Shown here one piece after another: positions 37,776 through 47,432 of a stretch of 64,000 bases of DNA; within the stretch, counting starts at the first letter, position 1; every line of letters starts with the position of its first letter. Position numbers and translations under genes: made by a program. Under the pieces are notes generated by a model. It was given only the letters and a program-made list of their open reading frames with translations. It searched no databases and was not told the origin of the DNA. Origin of the DNA: an uncultured Saprospiraceae bacterium (GTDB taxonomy: Bacteria > Bacteroidota > Bacteroidia > Chitinophagales > Saprospiraceae); the NCBI GenBank assembly GCA_937981555.1, contig CALJOK010000024.1, forward strand, positions 3,936 through 67,935, in the 5' to 3' direction.

Positions 37776-38489
37776 TTAAACATCATATTTATTTAGATCC
37801 AAATTTTCAATTAACCGAATTAGTTTCTTTGCATAATTCGGATCTGTTGCATAACCTGCTCTTTTCAAACCTACTGCCCAATTTTTATAATCCGTTTTTT
37901 CCAACTCTAACAAATGCTTGTACCGATCTTTTTGTAAAAAAAGCGAATGAGCTCGAAAGCTTTCCCATGCTGAAGGATAAGTTCTAAAAAAATCTTTGTG
38001 ATGGTCATCTGAGAAATTTTTGCAATGACCTTTTCTGCATTTTTTGGAAAAACATTTTATACCAAAATGATTGTTGGCTTCTTTCGCCAAAGGACTTTTA
38101 CCAGCCTGACTTTCAAGTAAGCCTTGTGCTAAGGTAATGCTTGCTGGAATTCCAAATTGTTCCATTTCGGTTCTTGCTACCTCAACAAATCTTTTTACGT
38201 AAGTATATTGTTGGGAACTAGGTTTGGAAGGGATATCAAAACTCAAATTTTCAGTTAACTTATTACTGGTGACTTGTTTTTTTTGAAAAAATGAACCTCC
38301 TACCCTATTTGATTTCTCAGAAATACCCCATTTATTTCCAGTATCAAATTGAAACTGTATATGAAAATCCTTAATTCCCAAAAAGAAAATAAACAGCAAA
38401 AAATAGCCGAGTCGCCATTTAATTGGCTCCATCCATAACCATAGAAATAGCACCTTCGCCTGTGCAAGGCGTTGCATTTTTTGTAACAT
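37776..38489 (-). CDS. Glucosaminidase (mannosyl-glycoprotein endo-beta-N-acetylglucosaminidase) domain protein
   Basis: 237 aa with AQGLLESQAGKSPLAKEANNHFGIK. The start is uncertain; the internal Met at 38432 precedes the TM/signal segment. Confidence 0.8.
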   Translation of the reverse strand: MLQKMQRLAQAKVLFLWLWMEPIKWRLGYFLLFIFFLGIKDFHIQFQFDTGNKWGISEKSNRVGGSFFQKKQVTSNKLTENLSFDIPSKPSSQQYTYVKRFVEVARTEMEQFGIPASITLAQGLLESQAGKSPLAKEANNHFGIKCFSKKCRKGHCKNFSDDHHKDFFRTYPSAWESFRAHSLFLQKDRYKHLLELEKTDYKNWAVGLKRAGYATDPNYAKKLIRLIENLDLNKYDV

Positions 38490-38572
38490 AATTAGAATAG
38501 TTTTATAGTTTAGAAAATAGTTTTAATCCGAGATTATTTATTTTGAATAGATGTCACGAGCACCCTAACTAA

Positions 38573-38583
38573 TTGATAATCAA
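38573..38583. promoter_or_regulatory. Perfect 11-bp palindrome TTGATAATCAA, candidate operator
   Basis: Read directly; lies 84 bp upstream of the minus-strand start at 38489. Confidence 0.45.
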
Positions 38584-38826
38584 TTAATTAAATTCGTAAA
38601 AAAATAATATTAAAAAATTAGTTGGTGAATTTTGAGTAGTAACTAGCGAATAGTCTTTCTCAAATTTGGAAGAAGTATTGTTCTATTGTTAATCTAAAAT
38701 TAGAATAAATTTTTTAAATAAAAAAATGACTTTTTCTATAAAATCGAGAAAATCTAATTTTAAAAGATAGGGTAAATTCGTAACTGATTGAAGATGAGGA
38801 TCTTAAGTTTTTATTTTTACAAATAA

Positions 38827-38843
38827 TGTAATTGTATTGTTAT
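38827..38843 (+). repeat. Variant copy of the 17-mer (TGTAATTGTATTGTTAT)
   Basis: One mismatch to the consensus; lies 17 nt downstream of the stop of the 38860-39684 gene. Confidence 0.6.
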
Positions 38844-38859
38844 GAAAAATAATTTTCTC

Positions 38860-39684
38860 TTATTTTCTTTCCAAAAGAAACCGTTGGAGTTTTGATAGCT
38901 TATCTGTGTTGATCAAATCAATTTCCATTTCTAATAATTTTATCCAAAGGTTTTCATCTTCAGGAGTAGCCCAAAGTCGAGCTTTTTTTCCTTGATCATG
39001 CGTTGCTTTTATAAAATTAGCAATTTTCAAAAATCCTGCTTCATCGACTTGACTGTAATCTTCTACTTCTGCAACTTTCCCTGCATTCTCACTTATGAAA
39101 GGCATCAAATGTGATGGATAATTTTTGACTAAATCACTTGGCCTTCCATCCAGAGTCATCAACTGTAATTTATCATTTTGCAATGCTTCAAATGGTCGTT
39201 CACCTGAAAGAATCACCGTTACTTTCCCTTTATGAAATTTACCATTTTCATAATAATTCAGCATTTCTCGATATGGATATAATAAATCTCGAAGCTCTCG
39301 ATATGTTTGATTTGGATAAATTTTTATGTCAATCCATAAATAAAAATCACCTTCATAACCTTTGTAAATTTCTTTATCACCTCTTTTCCATCTTCGCCAA
39401 AGCGGTTTAAGATATTGTCGATTAAGTGGTTTTAACCTAGGATAGAATTTGTCCGGCATATCATGACCAACTAACAATTTTCCATAAATATAAAGCACAT
39501 CAGCTTCCACACTTGTGAACCCATGCCGCAAGGCATCTTTCAGCGGACAATTTCGGAAGTAATCATTATGAGAGTGAGCATTGGGCAAAGGGGTTACTTG
39601 TGCCGACAATGAAACTGCCGTCAAAAGGAATAGAACGGAAAATATCAAGAAGATTTTTGAATAAAAAAATGTAAAATTTGGCAT
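38860..39684 (-). CDS. PI-PLC X-domain / glycerophosphodiester phosphodiesterase-like secreted protein
   Basis: 274 aa with a signal peptide and NAHSHNDY...VEADV...LLVGHD motifs. Confidence 0.7.
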   Translation of the reverse strand: MPNFTFFYSKIFLIFSVLFLLTAVSLSAQVTPLPNAHSHNDYFRNCPLKDALRHGFTSVEADVLYIYGKLLVGHDMPDKFYPRLKPLNRQYLKPLWRRWKRGDKEIYKGYEGDFYLWIDIKIYPNQTYRELRDLLYPYREMLNYYENGKFHKGKVTVILSGERPFEALQNDKLQLMTLDGRPSDLVKNYPSHLMPFISENAGKVAEVEDYSQVDEAGFLKIANFIKATHDQGKKARLWATPEDENLWIKLLEMEIDLINTDKLSKLQRFLLERK

Positions 39685-39738
39685 TTGACAGTTATTGGTT
39701 TTTGAGTAAGATATTTATTTGAGTCCAAAAATGATACC

Positions 39739-40215
39739 TTAATCGATATCTGCTATCTGTGCCAGTTGGCCTCTAGTAATTTTTATAAGATCTTCCGGTT
39801 TTAATTTCACCAAAATTCCACGTGTTCCCGCATTGACATAAATGGTTTCAAAATCTGTTGCCGATTCATCCAAGAAAACTGGAAAAGGTTTTTTCATTCC
39901 AATCGGTGAGCATCCTCCACGAATATAACCCGTTAAATTCAATAAATCTTTTACTGGAATCAAAGCAATTTTTTTATTCCCCGAAACCTTAGCAATTGAT
40001 TTTAAATTCAACGTTTGATTGCCATTAATCACAGTAACTAAAACCCCGTTTTTGTCCCCTTTTGCAACTAAGGTTTTAAACACATTTTCTGCTTTAAGAA
40101 AATTGTCCCCTGCAATTTTTTTGACTGACAAATTCTCTTCGTTGTATTCATATTCCAAAGTTTCGTAGGATACCTTTTTTTGATCCAGTAGTCGAAGTGC
40201 GTTCGTTTTTTTCAT
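39739..40215 (-). CDS. ybaK: Cys-tRNA(Pro)/Cys-tRNA(Cys) deacylase YbaK
   Basis: 158 aa. It is collinear with E. coli YbaK as I recall it (ALRLLDQKKVSYE...FKTLV...GYIRGGCSPIG...IYVNAG.RG). Confidence 0.85.
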   Translation of the reverse strand: MKKTNALRLLDQKKVSYETLEYEYNEENLSVKKIAGDNFLKAENVFKTLVAKGDKNGVLVTVINGNQTLNLKSIAKVSGNKKIALIPVKDLLNLTGYIRGGCSPIGMKKPFPVFLDESATDFETIYVNAGTRGILVKLKPEDLIKITRGQLAQIADID

Positions 40216-40339
40216 AAAATGAAAATATTGTTTTTTAATACCAAAAATGAAAATTACAAAATCTTAGATTAGTTTTTCACTCCTATCATTTTTTTCCTAG
40301 CTTTAAAGATTACTACACTAATTATTAAATCCAAATAAA

Positions 40340-41575
40340 ATGCTAAGCAAAATTTTGAAATTCATTGGTATCCTAATTTTATTACTCATCGTTGTTGCAC
40401 TTTTTAATTATGACAGAATAAACAAACTCCGAAAAGTTATCAGCCTTTTTGAAAAAGAGAATATCGTTGAGAATTTTCTACATATGGAAGATATAAATGA
40501 GACAACAACTCTCATAAAAACCTCCTCTCCTACTCGATTGCCCGTCAATATTTCTCATCAACTTCCTAAAAGTTTTTCAAGCAATGGGCAAACTATTGAT
40601 GTACAAAATTTTATGGATCGTTCCTTGACGACCGGATTAATGATTATCCATAAAGACACTATTATTTTTGAAAATTACCTGAGGGGGCTAACTCCTGAAA
40701 CAACTCATATTTCCTGGTCAATGGCGAAATCATTTCTCTCTGGTATGATTGGAATTGCTGTCGAAGAAGGGAAAATCAAAAGTATTCAAGACCAGATTAC
40801 TGATTATTTACCACAGTTTAAGGGGACAGGTTACGAAGGAGTCACTATTAAAGATGCTTTGGAAATGAGTTCTGGAGTGGGATTCAATGAAGACTATTCT
40901 GATTTCAATTCTGACATTAATCGGTTTGGAAGATATTTTGCCTTAGGTCAATCATTCGAAAAATTTGCCTTAAGTCTCCAAAATGCTCGAAAGCCTGGTA
41001 GTTTTAATCATTATGTAAGTATCGACACCCAGGTGCTCGGAATGGTTTTGAAAAAAGCAACTGGGAAAACCATTACCGAATATATGCAAGAAAAAATTTG
41101 GACTCCAATGGGAATGGAAGATGATGCTCAATGGATTATCGATGAGGATGGAATGGAAATGGCGTTAGGTGGATTGAATGCGACAATGAGAGATTATGGG
41201 AAATATGGTTTGTTGTATTTGCATGAAGGAAATTGGTTTGGTAACCAGATTGTTCCACAAAGTTGGGTCAAACAATCGGTAGCAATGGATGGTTCTCATT
41301 TGCAACCTGGTGTCAATGAATTTTCGAGTAGCGATATGGGATATGGTTTTCAATGGTGGATTCCTCAGGAAGCAGATGGTGCTTTTTTAGCTTCAGGAAT
41401 TTATAATCAACACATATATATACAACCGAATCGAGATTTGGTGATTGTGAAGTTATCAGGTAACTATCATTTTAAAACTGATAAAAACTTGGAGAAAAGT
41501 CAGCATATTGACTTTTTTAAAAGTATAGTTCAGCAGTTTCCAAAAAATATAATAGCAGAAAATTCTGTTGAATAA
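40340..41575 (+). CDS. Serine hydrolase (beta-lactamase/PBP4* family) with N-terminal anchor
   Basis: 411 aa with SxxK motif SMAKS in the expected N-terminal third. Confidence 0.85.
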   Translation: MLSKILKFIGILILLLIVVALFNYDRINKLRKVISLFEKENIVENFLHMEDINETTTLIKTSSPTRLPVNISHQLPKSFSSNGQTIDVQNFMDRSLTTGLMIIHKDTIIFENYLRGLTPETTHISWSMAKSFLSGMIGIAVEEGKIKSIQDQITDYLPQFKGTGYEGVTIKDALEMSSGVGFNEDYSDFNSDINRFGRYFALGQSFEKFALSLQNARKPGSFNHYVSIDTQVLGMVLKKATGKTITEYMQEKIWTPMGMEDDAQWIIDEDGMEMALGGLNATMRDYGKYGLLYLHEGNWFGNQIVPQSWVKQSVAMDGSHLQPGVNEFSSSDMGYGFQWWIPQEADGAFLASGIYNQHIYIQPNRDLVIVKLSGNYHFKTDKNLEKSQHIDFFKSIVQQFPKNIIAENSVE

Positions 41576-41593
41576 ATACAAAATGAAAATTGA

Positions 41594-42562
41594 ATGAATA
41601 ATATAAAATTTCCACTTTTCGGTATGCTAGTTTTTTTTTTACTCTTTGGCTGCAAAAAAGATAAAATTGAATACATCGTTGACTCTGATTTCGAGGAATA
41701 TGTTCAACGATTTATTAATGAAGCTGCTGCACGAGGAGTGGAAATTGACTTTAGTGATACAGGTTTATTAATTGAATATTCTGATAGAATTGTGGATGGT
41801 GCAAGCGGATATTGTTATTTAGGTGAGCATCATATCGTAATTGACAAATCAGAGTGGACCGCCTTGACGGATACTCAAAAAGAGTATTTGCTTTTTCACG
41901 AATTGGGACATTGTGAATTGGATCGCCGACATAAAAATGATCAATTTGAAAATTTACTTTGGGAAAGTCTAATGCGCGGCGACCCTTTGGTCGGTACTCA
42001 ACAAAATATCCCAGTTCCGTATTATGGTTTTAGAAAAAACTATTATCGAGATGAATTATTTAACCAAAATACTAGTGCACCTGACTGGAGTAATCCAACA
42101 TTTACCATCGATGATATTTCTGCTGCTGATAAAGAATTACTTATTGAGCGACAAAATGCTCCAAGGGTTTCAGAAGCTCCAGCTGCAGTTGGTGAAAATT
42201 TTGAAATGGAATTTCAGATAAATGGTATCAATGGTGTACCTTTTATTACTGAGTTAACTTGGGGATCAGGTTCACAAAAATTCTTTGTCCGTATTTATAG
42301 GAATTTTGGTACATATATAGGTGCCTTGGAAAATGGCAAAGATCAACAAGTATTTTATCATCCTACAAAAGATGATTTGGATAAAATAACGGTTCGACAA
42401 AAAGATGGGTTGACTCAATTATTTTTTGATGATAGTTTAATTTATCATTTTGATGAATTGTCGGTCGCTCTTTCCAATATTAAATTAGAAGCGAGGAATG
42501 GAAGTGATGTTTTGGCTCCTAGCTTTTCAATTGAAAAATTTATTCTAAGTAAATTATTGTAA
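41594..42562 (+). CDS. Putative zinc-metalloprotease-like lipoprotein
   Basis: 322 aa with lipobox LLFGC and HExxH motif FHELGHCELDRRH. Confidence 0.6.
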   Translation: MNNIKFPLFGMLVFFLLFGCKKDKIEYIVDSDFEEYVQRFINEAAARGVEIDFSDTGLLIEYSDRIVDGASGYCYLGEHHIVIDKSEWTALTDTQKEYLLFHELGHCELDRRHKNDQFENLLWESLMRGDPLVGTQQNIPVPYYGFRKNYYRDELFNQNTSAPDWSNPTFTIDDISAADKELLIERQNAPRVSEAPAAVGENFEMEFQINGINGVPFITELTWGSGSQKFFVRIYRNFGTYIGALENGKDQQVFYHPTKDDLDKITVRQKDGLTQLFFDDSLIYHFDELSVALSNIKLEARNGSDVLAPSFSIEKFILSKLL

Positions 42563-43189
42563 ATTCCGTTCTTGACTTTTTAAGTCGTCATGGATCTTTT
42601 TCAACTCATTAATTCGACTTTCATACATAAAGAATATATATTTCTTCGAAACGAACCAAATTAATCCGAATAATACTGGAATTGAAATTCCAAGAGTTAA
42701 TAATATTACATCCCACCTTGTCAAAATCTCTAGATCATTCCCATTATCTGTGAAGTTTGCCAGTAATCCTAAAATAAAACTTATCGGTACAAATATCCAA
42801 ACAAGAAACTTTAATTTCTTTAAAGCTTTAGTTAAAATTTCATAATACCCCCCAATACTTTCCACCACATTTTGAGAAGAGATAGATTTGATTTCATGAA
42901 TAAATTTTCTAGTTGAAAAATAACTTGATACCACTAATAGTATCGAGCAAGAATACAAAATCCAGATGTAAGGATGGTCTCGCATAAAGTAAAAAATAGC
43001 AAACATCAGTATCACACCTGTTACTGTTTCATTAATTGCATTTCGTTTAATTTCTTGCAATAAATCATTTGATTTTTTGCGAGCCATTTCCAATACTTCA
43101 GGTTCAATTGATTGATAATAAACCTTAGCTTGATCATCTGAAACTTTCCAAATATTCTTTAAATCAAATTCTTCCATATCCTTGGTCAT
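42554..43189 (-). CDS. Membrane protein, candidate anti-sigma partner of the upstream ECF sigma factor
   Basis: 211 aa with 4 predicted TM segments. Its start overlaps the sigma-factor gene by 26 nt. Confidence 0.55.
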   Translation of the reverse strand: MTKDMEEFDLKNIWKVSDDQAKVYYQSIEPEVLEMARKKSNDLLQEIKRNAINETVTGVILMFAIFYFMRDHPYIWILYSCSILLVVSSYFSTRKFIHEIKSISSQNVVESIGGYYEILTKALKKLKFLVWIFVPISFILGLLANFTDNGNDLEILTRWDVILLTLGISIPVLFGLIWFVSKKYIFFMYESRINELKKIHDDLKSQERNLQ

Positions 43190-43685
43190 TTAATAGTTTG
43201 AATAATTGTTTTTTAATTCGAAGTAGTTTTACTCCCACGTGACTAGTGGTTAAACCTATGATTTCAGCAATCTCCTCATATTTTTTTTCATCCAAATGTA
43301 GCAGTATAATTGCCCGCTCATCTTTTCCTAATTGATTGATACATTTATATAGCAATTCTATTTTTTCTTCCTTTTGAAAAACCTGTTCCACTCCTACCCT
43401 ACCCTCATCTGGTATTTTAAAAGAAAAATTATCAATCGGATTAATGGCTTGATTTCGCTTTTGCTTTTTTTGAAAAGTCAAAGCTGTATTTAATACCACC
43501 CGATATATCCATGTTGATATTTTAGACTCTCCTCTAAAACGAGCATAGGATTTCCATAGCTGTATCAACATTTCTTGATATAAATCCTTAAAGTCTGCTT
43601 CCCCTAAAGTGTAAGAGCGAGCTATTTTGTACAAAATACCATTGTACTCATCGATAATATTTTTGAAATCCTTTTCCGTTGGCAT
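43164..43685 (-). CDS. ECF-type sigma-70 family RNA polymerase sigma factor
   Basis: 173 aa with region 2 (DLYQEMLIQLWKSYARF) and region 4 HTH (YEEIAEIIGLTTSHVGVKLLRIKKQL). Confidence 0.85.
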   Translation of the reverse strand: MPTEKDFKNIIDEYNGILYKIARSYTLGEADFKDLYQEMLIQLWKSYARFRGESKISTWIYRVVLNTALTFQKKQKRNQAINPIDNFSFKIPDEGRVGVEQVFQKEEKIELLYKCINQLGKDERAIILLHLDEKKYEEIAEIIGLTTSHVGVKLLRIKKQLFKLLNDQGYGRI

Positions 43686-43807
43686 ATTAGTTAGTATCCT
43701 TTGTCGGTAAATTATTACAACTGGTCGGTAATTAATCTTATTTTATTATTCAGCTGTAATAAAATGATTAAACCGAATACTAATGTAGTGAATCAAAAAA
43801 AAATATC

Positions 43808-44014
43808 ATGAAAAATTCAAACTCAAAGAAATTCACTCCTTTTACTTATTTAGCAATAGTATTCGGATTATTCCTTGCCTTTACAGATGATTACATCGTA
43901 GAGTATTTGAGCAATCGTCCAACTTTGGGGATTATTTTTGTTGTAGTCTTAATCATTGGTTTTATTTACTTCGTAGGAAGTAAAAAATTGAAACATGATT
44001 TTACTAGTAAGTAA
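43808..44014 (+). CDS. Small two-TM membrane protein (hypothetical)
   Basis: 68-aa ORF with two hydrophobic helices; no other support. Confidence 0.4.
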   Translation: MKNSNSKKFTPFTYLAIVFGLFLAFTDDYIVEYLSNRPTLGIIFVVVLIIGFIYFVGSKKLKHDFTSK

Positions 44015-44076
44015 AACAGCTTAACGTTTTAAAGAAACAGCAAAATGCATGAAATAAGCTTTATTATTCATGTATT

Positions 44077-45170
44077 TGCTGTAATTTTACAGCAGATATT
44101 ATATAACACCTTTCCAATAAAGACTCCCTTATCCTAATCAAACCATAACGTAGTGGTCCGATTTAGCTGACTTAAGATTTCATTCCTCTAAGGCTTACTC
44201 TCAACATGATTACAATTTTTAACAAAACTTAATGGTTAAAAACCAAATCACTACTTCCCATTAATTCTATTTCAAAATATTCAAAATCCATTTTTCTGAT
44301 TCCAATCATTCCCATCTCCCAAAACATATTTTTTTATCTATCACTCCTTAATCAAAGGATAAACTGTAATTAACACCTGCTGTATTAATTACAGTTTTTT
44401 ACAGAAAATTACAGCAATTTAATGCAACCACCTTTCCTTATTATCATGTCTTCTACTGAACCGATTTAACTCCTTAGTAACAAGGTGGTACCGAATCGAA
44501 AGAAGTAGTTTCATCAATAACTATAGAGAATATTCCAAAGAATATAATTTCACCACCTAGCACATATAAATAAAATACCAAATATTCTAGGTAGTGAAAT
44601 TTCTGTCGAGTTTATATTTCTACACTTAGGAGAAATATTTGCTGCATCAGCACCCAAGTCCAGCAATTGGAAAATTCTTTTAATTAACTAAACCAATACA
44701 AAAAGAGTCCATAGTTTCATAAAGCTTTAATATTACTGTATTAAATACAGTTTTTTACAGAAAATTACAGCATGTTTATTTTTAACTATATCCTTTTGAC
44801 TTGTAAACTATTATATATTCACGTTTTTAGAATACCTCTCCATAGATTAACCATCTCATCATAAAAGGAACAATTATAATTATTCCAATATCTCAAGTTT
44901 TAAATTGGCAAAAAATGCATTCTCTAAGTTTTAAAAGTTAAGATGGCTTAGTGCCTTCCTTAATTTACTCAGAGTAACTACAATTGAGTTATTTCTTCAT
45001 AAAAGACTAAGCAGAAATTCTATAGCTTAGAACTTGAGATCGAAATAGTATTTTCCAAAAAAATCTGGAAAAAGACTGATTCACCTATTTGCTGTAAAAA
45101 TTACAGATAAATACAGCAAATAATGGAATAAGACAATATTTATACAGATTTTTACAGCATTATACTGTAA
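44077..45170. repeat. Four clusters of TGCTGTA/TACAGCA inverted-repeat boxes upstream of parA (candidate centromere/operator sites)
   Basis: Clusters are at 44077-44094 (perfect palindrome TGCTGTAATTTTACAGCA), 44363-44416, 44735-44772 and 45088-45170. The 26-nt exact direct repeat ACAGTTTTTTACAGAAAATTACAGCA occurs at 44391-44416 and 44747-44772. Confidence 0.8.
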
Positions 45171-45239
45171 AATTGATTTTTAGTCTACTCATCTAGCTAT
45201 ATTCGCTTCATTCTTTCATTATTAAAAACCAATTACCCT

Positions 45240-45884
45240 ATGATTATTGCGGTTACCAACCTCAAAGGCGGTGTCGGAAAAACCACCATAGCTACCAACC
45301 TTGCAGTAAGTTTTGCGCACCGAGATTATGATGTTTGCATTGTCGATACCGATTTAGGACAACAATCCTCAATGGAATGGTCTGGAAATAGAAGTGAAGA
45401 TAGAATCAGGATTCCTGTTTTTGGCGTAAGTATCAAACAACTCAATAAAGAAGTGGAAGGATTACAAGAGAAATATGACATTGTCATTATTGATGGAACA
45501 CCCCAATTGTCTGAGTTGGCCGATAGAACTATTCTAGCGAGCGATTATTTAGTCATTCCATTGATGCCAAGTATTTATGATTTTAGAGGCTTTGAGAACT
45601 TCCTAGAAAGGTTTGAGCAAATCCGTGGATTGAAAGAAGCAAGTGGAGGACAAGTAAAAGCTTTGGTTGTGTTGAATCGAGTGGTTTCCAAAACTAATGT
45701 GAGTAAAGAAATTAAAGAAGCCGTAAAAGAATATGATGTTACGTTACTAAAAGGAACGATCAATAGTCGAGTCGCTTATGCAGATTCCGCAACTGACGGA
45801 CTTGGAGTAGTGGAATACAAAGACGCAAAAGCTAAAAAGGAAATCAATAAACTAACTGATGAACTTGAAAAAATATTAAGTTAG
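45240..45884 (+). CDS. parA: ParA-family partition ATPase (small, type Ib-like)
   Basis: 214 aa with deviant Walker A motif NLKGGVGKTT at the N-terminus and a DTD motif. Confidence 0.9.
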   Translation: MIIAVTNLKGGVGKTTIATNLAVSFAHRDYDVCIVDTDLGQQSSMEWSGNRSEDRIRIPVFGVSIKQLNKEVEGLQEKYDIVIIDGTPQLSELADRTILASDYLVIPLMPSIYDFRGFENFLERFEQIRGLKEASGGQVKALVVLNRVVSKTNVSKEIKEAVKEYDVTLLKGTINSRVAYADSATDGLGVVEYKDAKAKKEINKLTDELEKILS

Positions 45885-45885
45885 T

Positions 45886-45977
45886 TACTGTAAAAGATGT
45901 AATATTTCTGTAAAATGCTGTACTATTTACAGAAATATACTTATTTTACAGCGTAATGCTGTATTATTACAGCAAAT
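45886..45977. repeat. Box cluster in the parA / RHH-gene spacer
   Basis: ATATTTCTGTAAA (45902-45914) pairs with TTTACAGAAATAT (45926-45938). TACAGCGTAATGCTGTA lies at 45947-45963, with further CTGTA/TACAG boxes nearby. Confidence 0.8.
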
Positions 45978-46002
45978 TTATTCAAAGAAAATTTTCAATA
46001 TT

Positions 46003-46245
46003 ATGCCAATTAAAAAGAAAATCGCTTCAAAGAAGATTACCAAAGCAATGGATGCTGAAAGCCAAGAGAAAGCTTTAATTCAGCTACAAAAAAAAGATAA
46101 AAAGAAAAACGTGCAACGAGTAACCGTTGACTTCCCACAATATCTTTATGAAAAAATGAAGTTGGAAACTGAAGATACTGGTCAAACTTTAAAAGGATTT
46201 ATCGTTGGATTGGTAAGAGAACATTTTACTCGGAAGGAAGGGTAG
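46003..46245 (+). CDS. Ribbon-helix-helix protein, candidate ParG-like centromere-binding partner of ParA
   Basis: 80 aa with a basic disordered N-terminus followed by VTVDFPQYLYEKMKLE...LKGFIVGLVREHF (beta-strand plus two helices). It lies directly downstream of parA. Confidence 0.6.
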   Translation: MPIKKKIASKKITKAMDAESQEKALIQLQKKDKKKNVQRVTVDFPQYLYEKMKLETEDTGQTLKGFIVGLVREHFTRKEG

Positions 46246-46301
46246 TAGTTGGATTTAGAACGTAACTGGAATCTTTGAATCCCGGTATAGAATCAAACCT
46301 C

Positions 46302-46341
46302 AAAAGACCTTGCAGATTTTTATAGTTTGCAAGGTCTTTTT
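46302..46341 (+). terminator. Rho-independent terminator after the RHH gene
   Basis: AAAAGACCTTGCA (46302-46314) pairs with TGCAAGGTCTTTT (46328-46340), followed by T. Confidence 0.75.
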
Positions 46342-46590
46342 GCATGTTATGGAACTCCCTCTGTTTTTAATCAGTTTTTACAAACAAGCAACAATTCTAT
46401 TTTTCTATATAAAGCGATTTAAAGCAGTTTTCTTATCTCCAATTGAGATATTCCTCAATTCTTATGTTAATGCGCTAAAATCGCCTAAAAATCATTTTAA
46501 AAGTGCTTCCTATCTTCCTGCTTAGAGTACAATATTGATTTTTAATCTTATTCGAATCCTTAATCCAATTTAGATTGCCGATTATCAAAA

Positions 46591-47432
46591 ACAGCATATT
46601 GCTGTATAAATAATGCATATTGCTTGCTAATCTCTATATTTAAAGCATTATCACAGCAAAATACAGCAATATTAAAGAATCAGAATAAAGCTAAATATGA
46701 CACCAAATGGAATAGCAATACTACATTTCCAATTAGAATTGAAATGTAGACGCTTAAACTAAATCTAGAAATTACATCGATTGGGGAGATTTAAAGAAAA
46801 GAGTAAATGTTTAATTGGAACTATAATCTTATGAATAACCCTCTTTCTGAAAAATTAAAACAGAGGTCAAAAAACATTTTCCCTAAACTTAAAATCCTTC
46901 AAAACAGTTAGAATCAAAGCTCATCAAAAAACTACAGCAATTAACTTTAAATATGCTGTAGTTTGCTGTAAATTTCATTAAACCCAATTATCTAGAAAAT
47001 ATGCTCAAACAAAAATTGTTATTTCCCAACTGATGTCTTTACGTAACTTCTCCATGTTTAACTAAAAAATTATTTCTCCTAATTCATAAAAGATCTCAAA
47101 ACTCAACATTATATTTTAAATTCAAAAATACTGTTTTGCCTTTCTTAGAGAATTTAAAAGGAGAAAGGGAAAATCAATTAAACTTCAATACTTTGTAGCC
47201 AAAAAGCATATTGCTGTAATTATACAGTTTTTTACAGCAATATGCTTTATCTGGTATTCAAAGATCCATTGGCTAAAACTTAGCCAATCAAATTAAAAAT
47301 ATATTTTTTAAACACCTCGTCATTATTCGCCATCTATTTAATCGTTAATTTTCCAATATTTTGAGGAGAGGATAATTGGCAATACCCTCATTATTGCTGT
47401 ACTTTACTGTATTTTTACAGCAAAGTACAGCA
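46591..47432. repeat. Four further clusters of TGCTGTA/TACAGCA boxes downstream of the par genes
   Basis: Clusters are ACAGCATATTGCTGT at 46591-46605 with ACAGCAAAATACAGCAA at 46653-46669, then 46931-46972, then 47203-47219 / 47232-47248 (17-bp perfect arms AAAGCATATTGCTGTAA), then 47395-47405 / 47422-47432. Confidence 0.8.

Noticed and set aside
44046-44135. 29-aa hydrophobic peptide ORF (MHEISFIIHVFAVILQQ...) at the left edge of the box field
   Set aside because: It runs straight through the 18-bp palindromic box and has no ribosome-binding or promoter evidence. It is likely fortuitous.
46310-46525. 71-aa ORF downstream of the RHH gene
   Set aside because: It starts with a non-ATG codon inside the terminator hairpin loop. 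The translation is Phe/Ile/Leu-rich, typical of AT-rich non-coding DNA.
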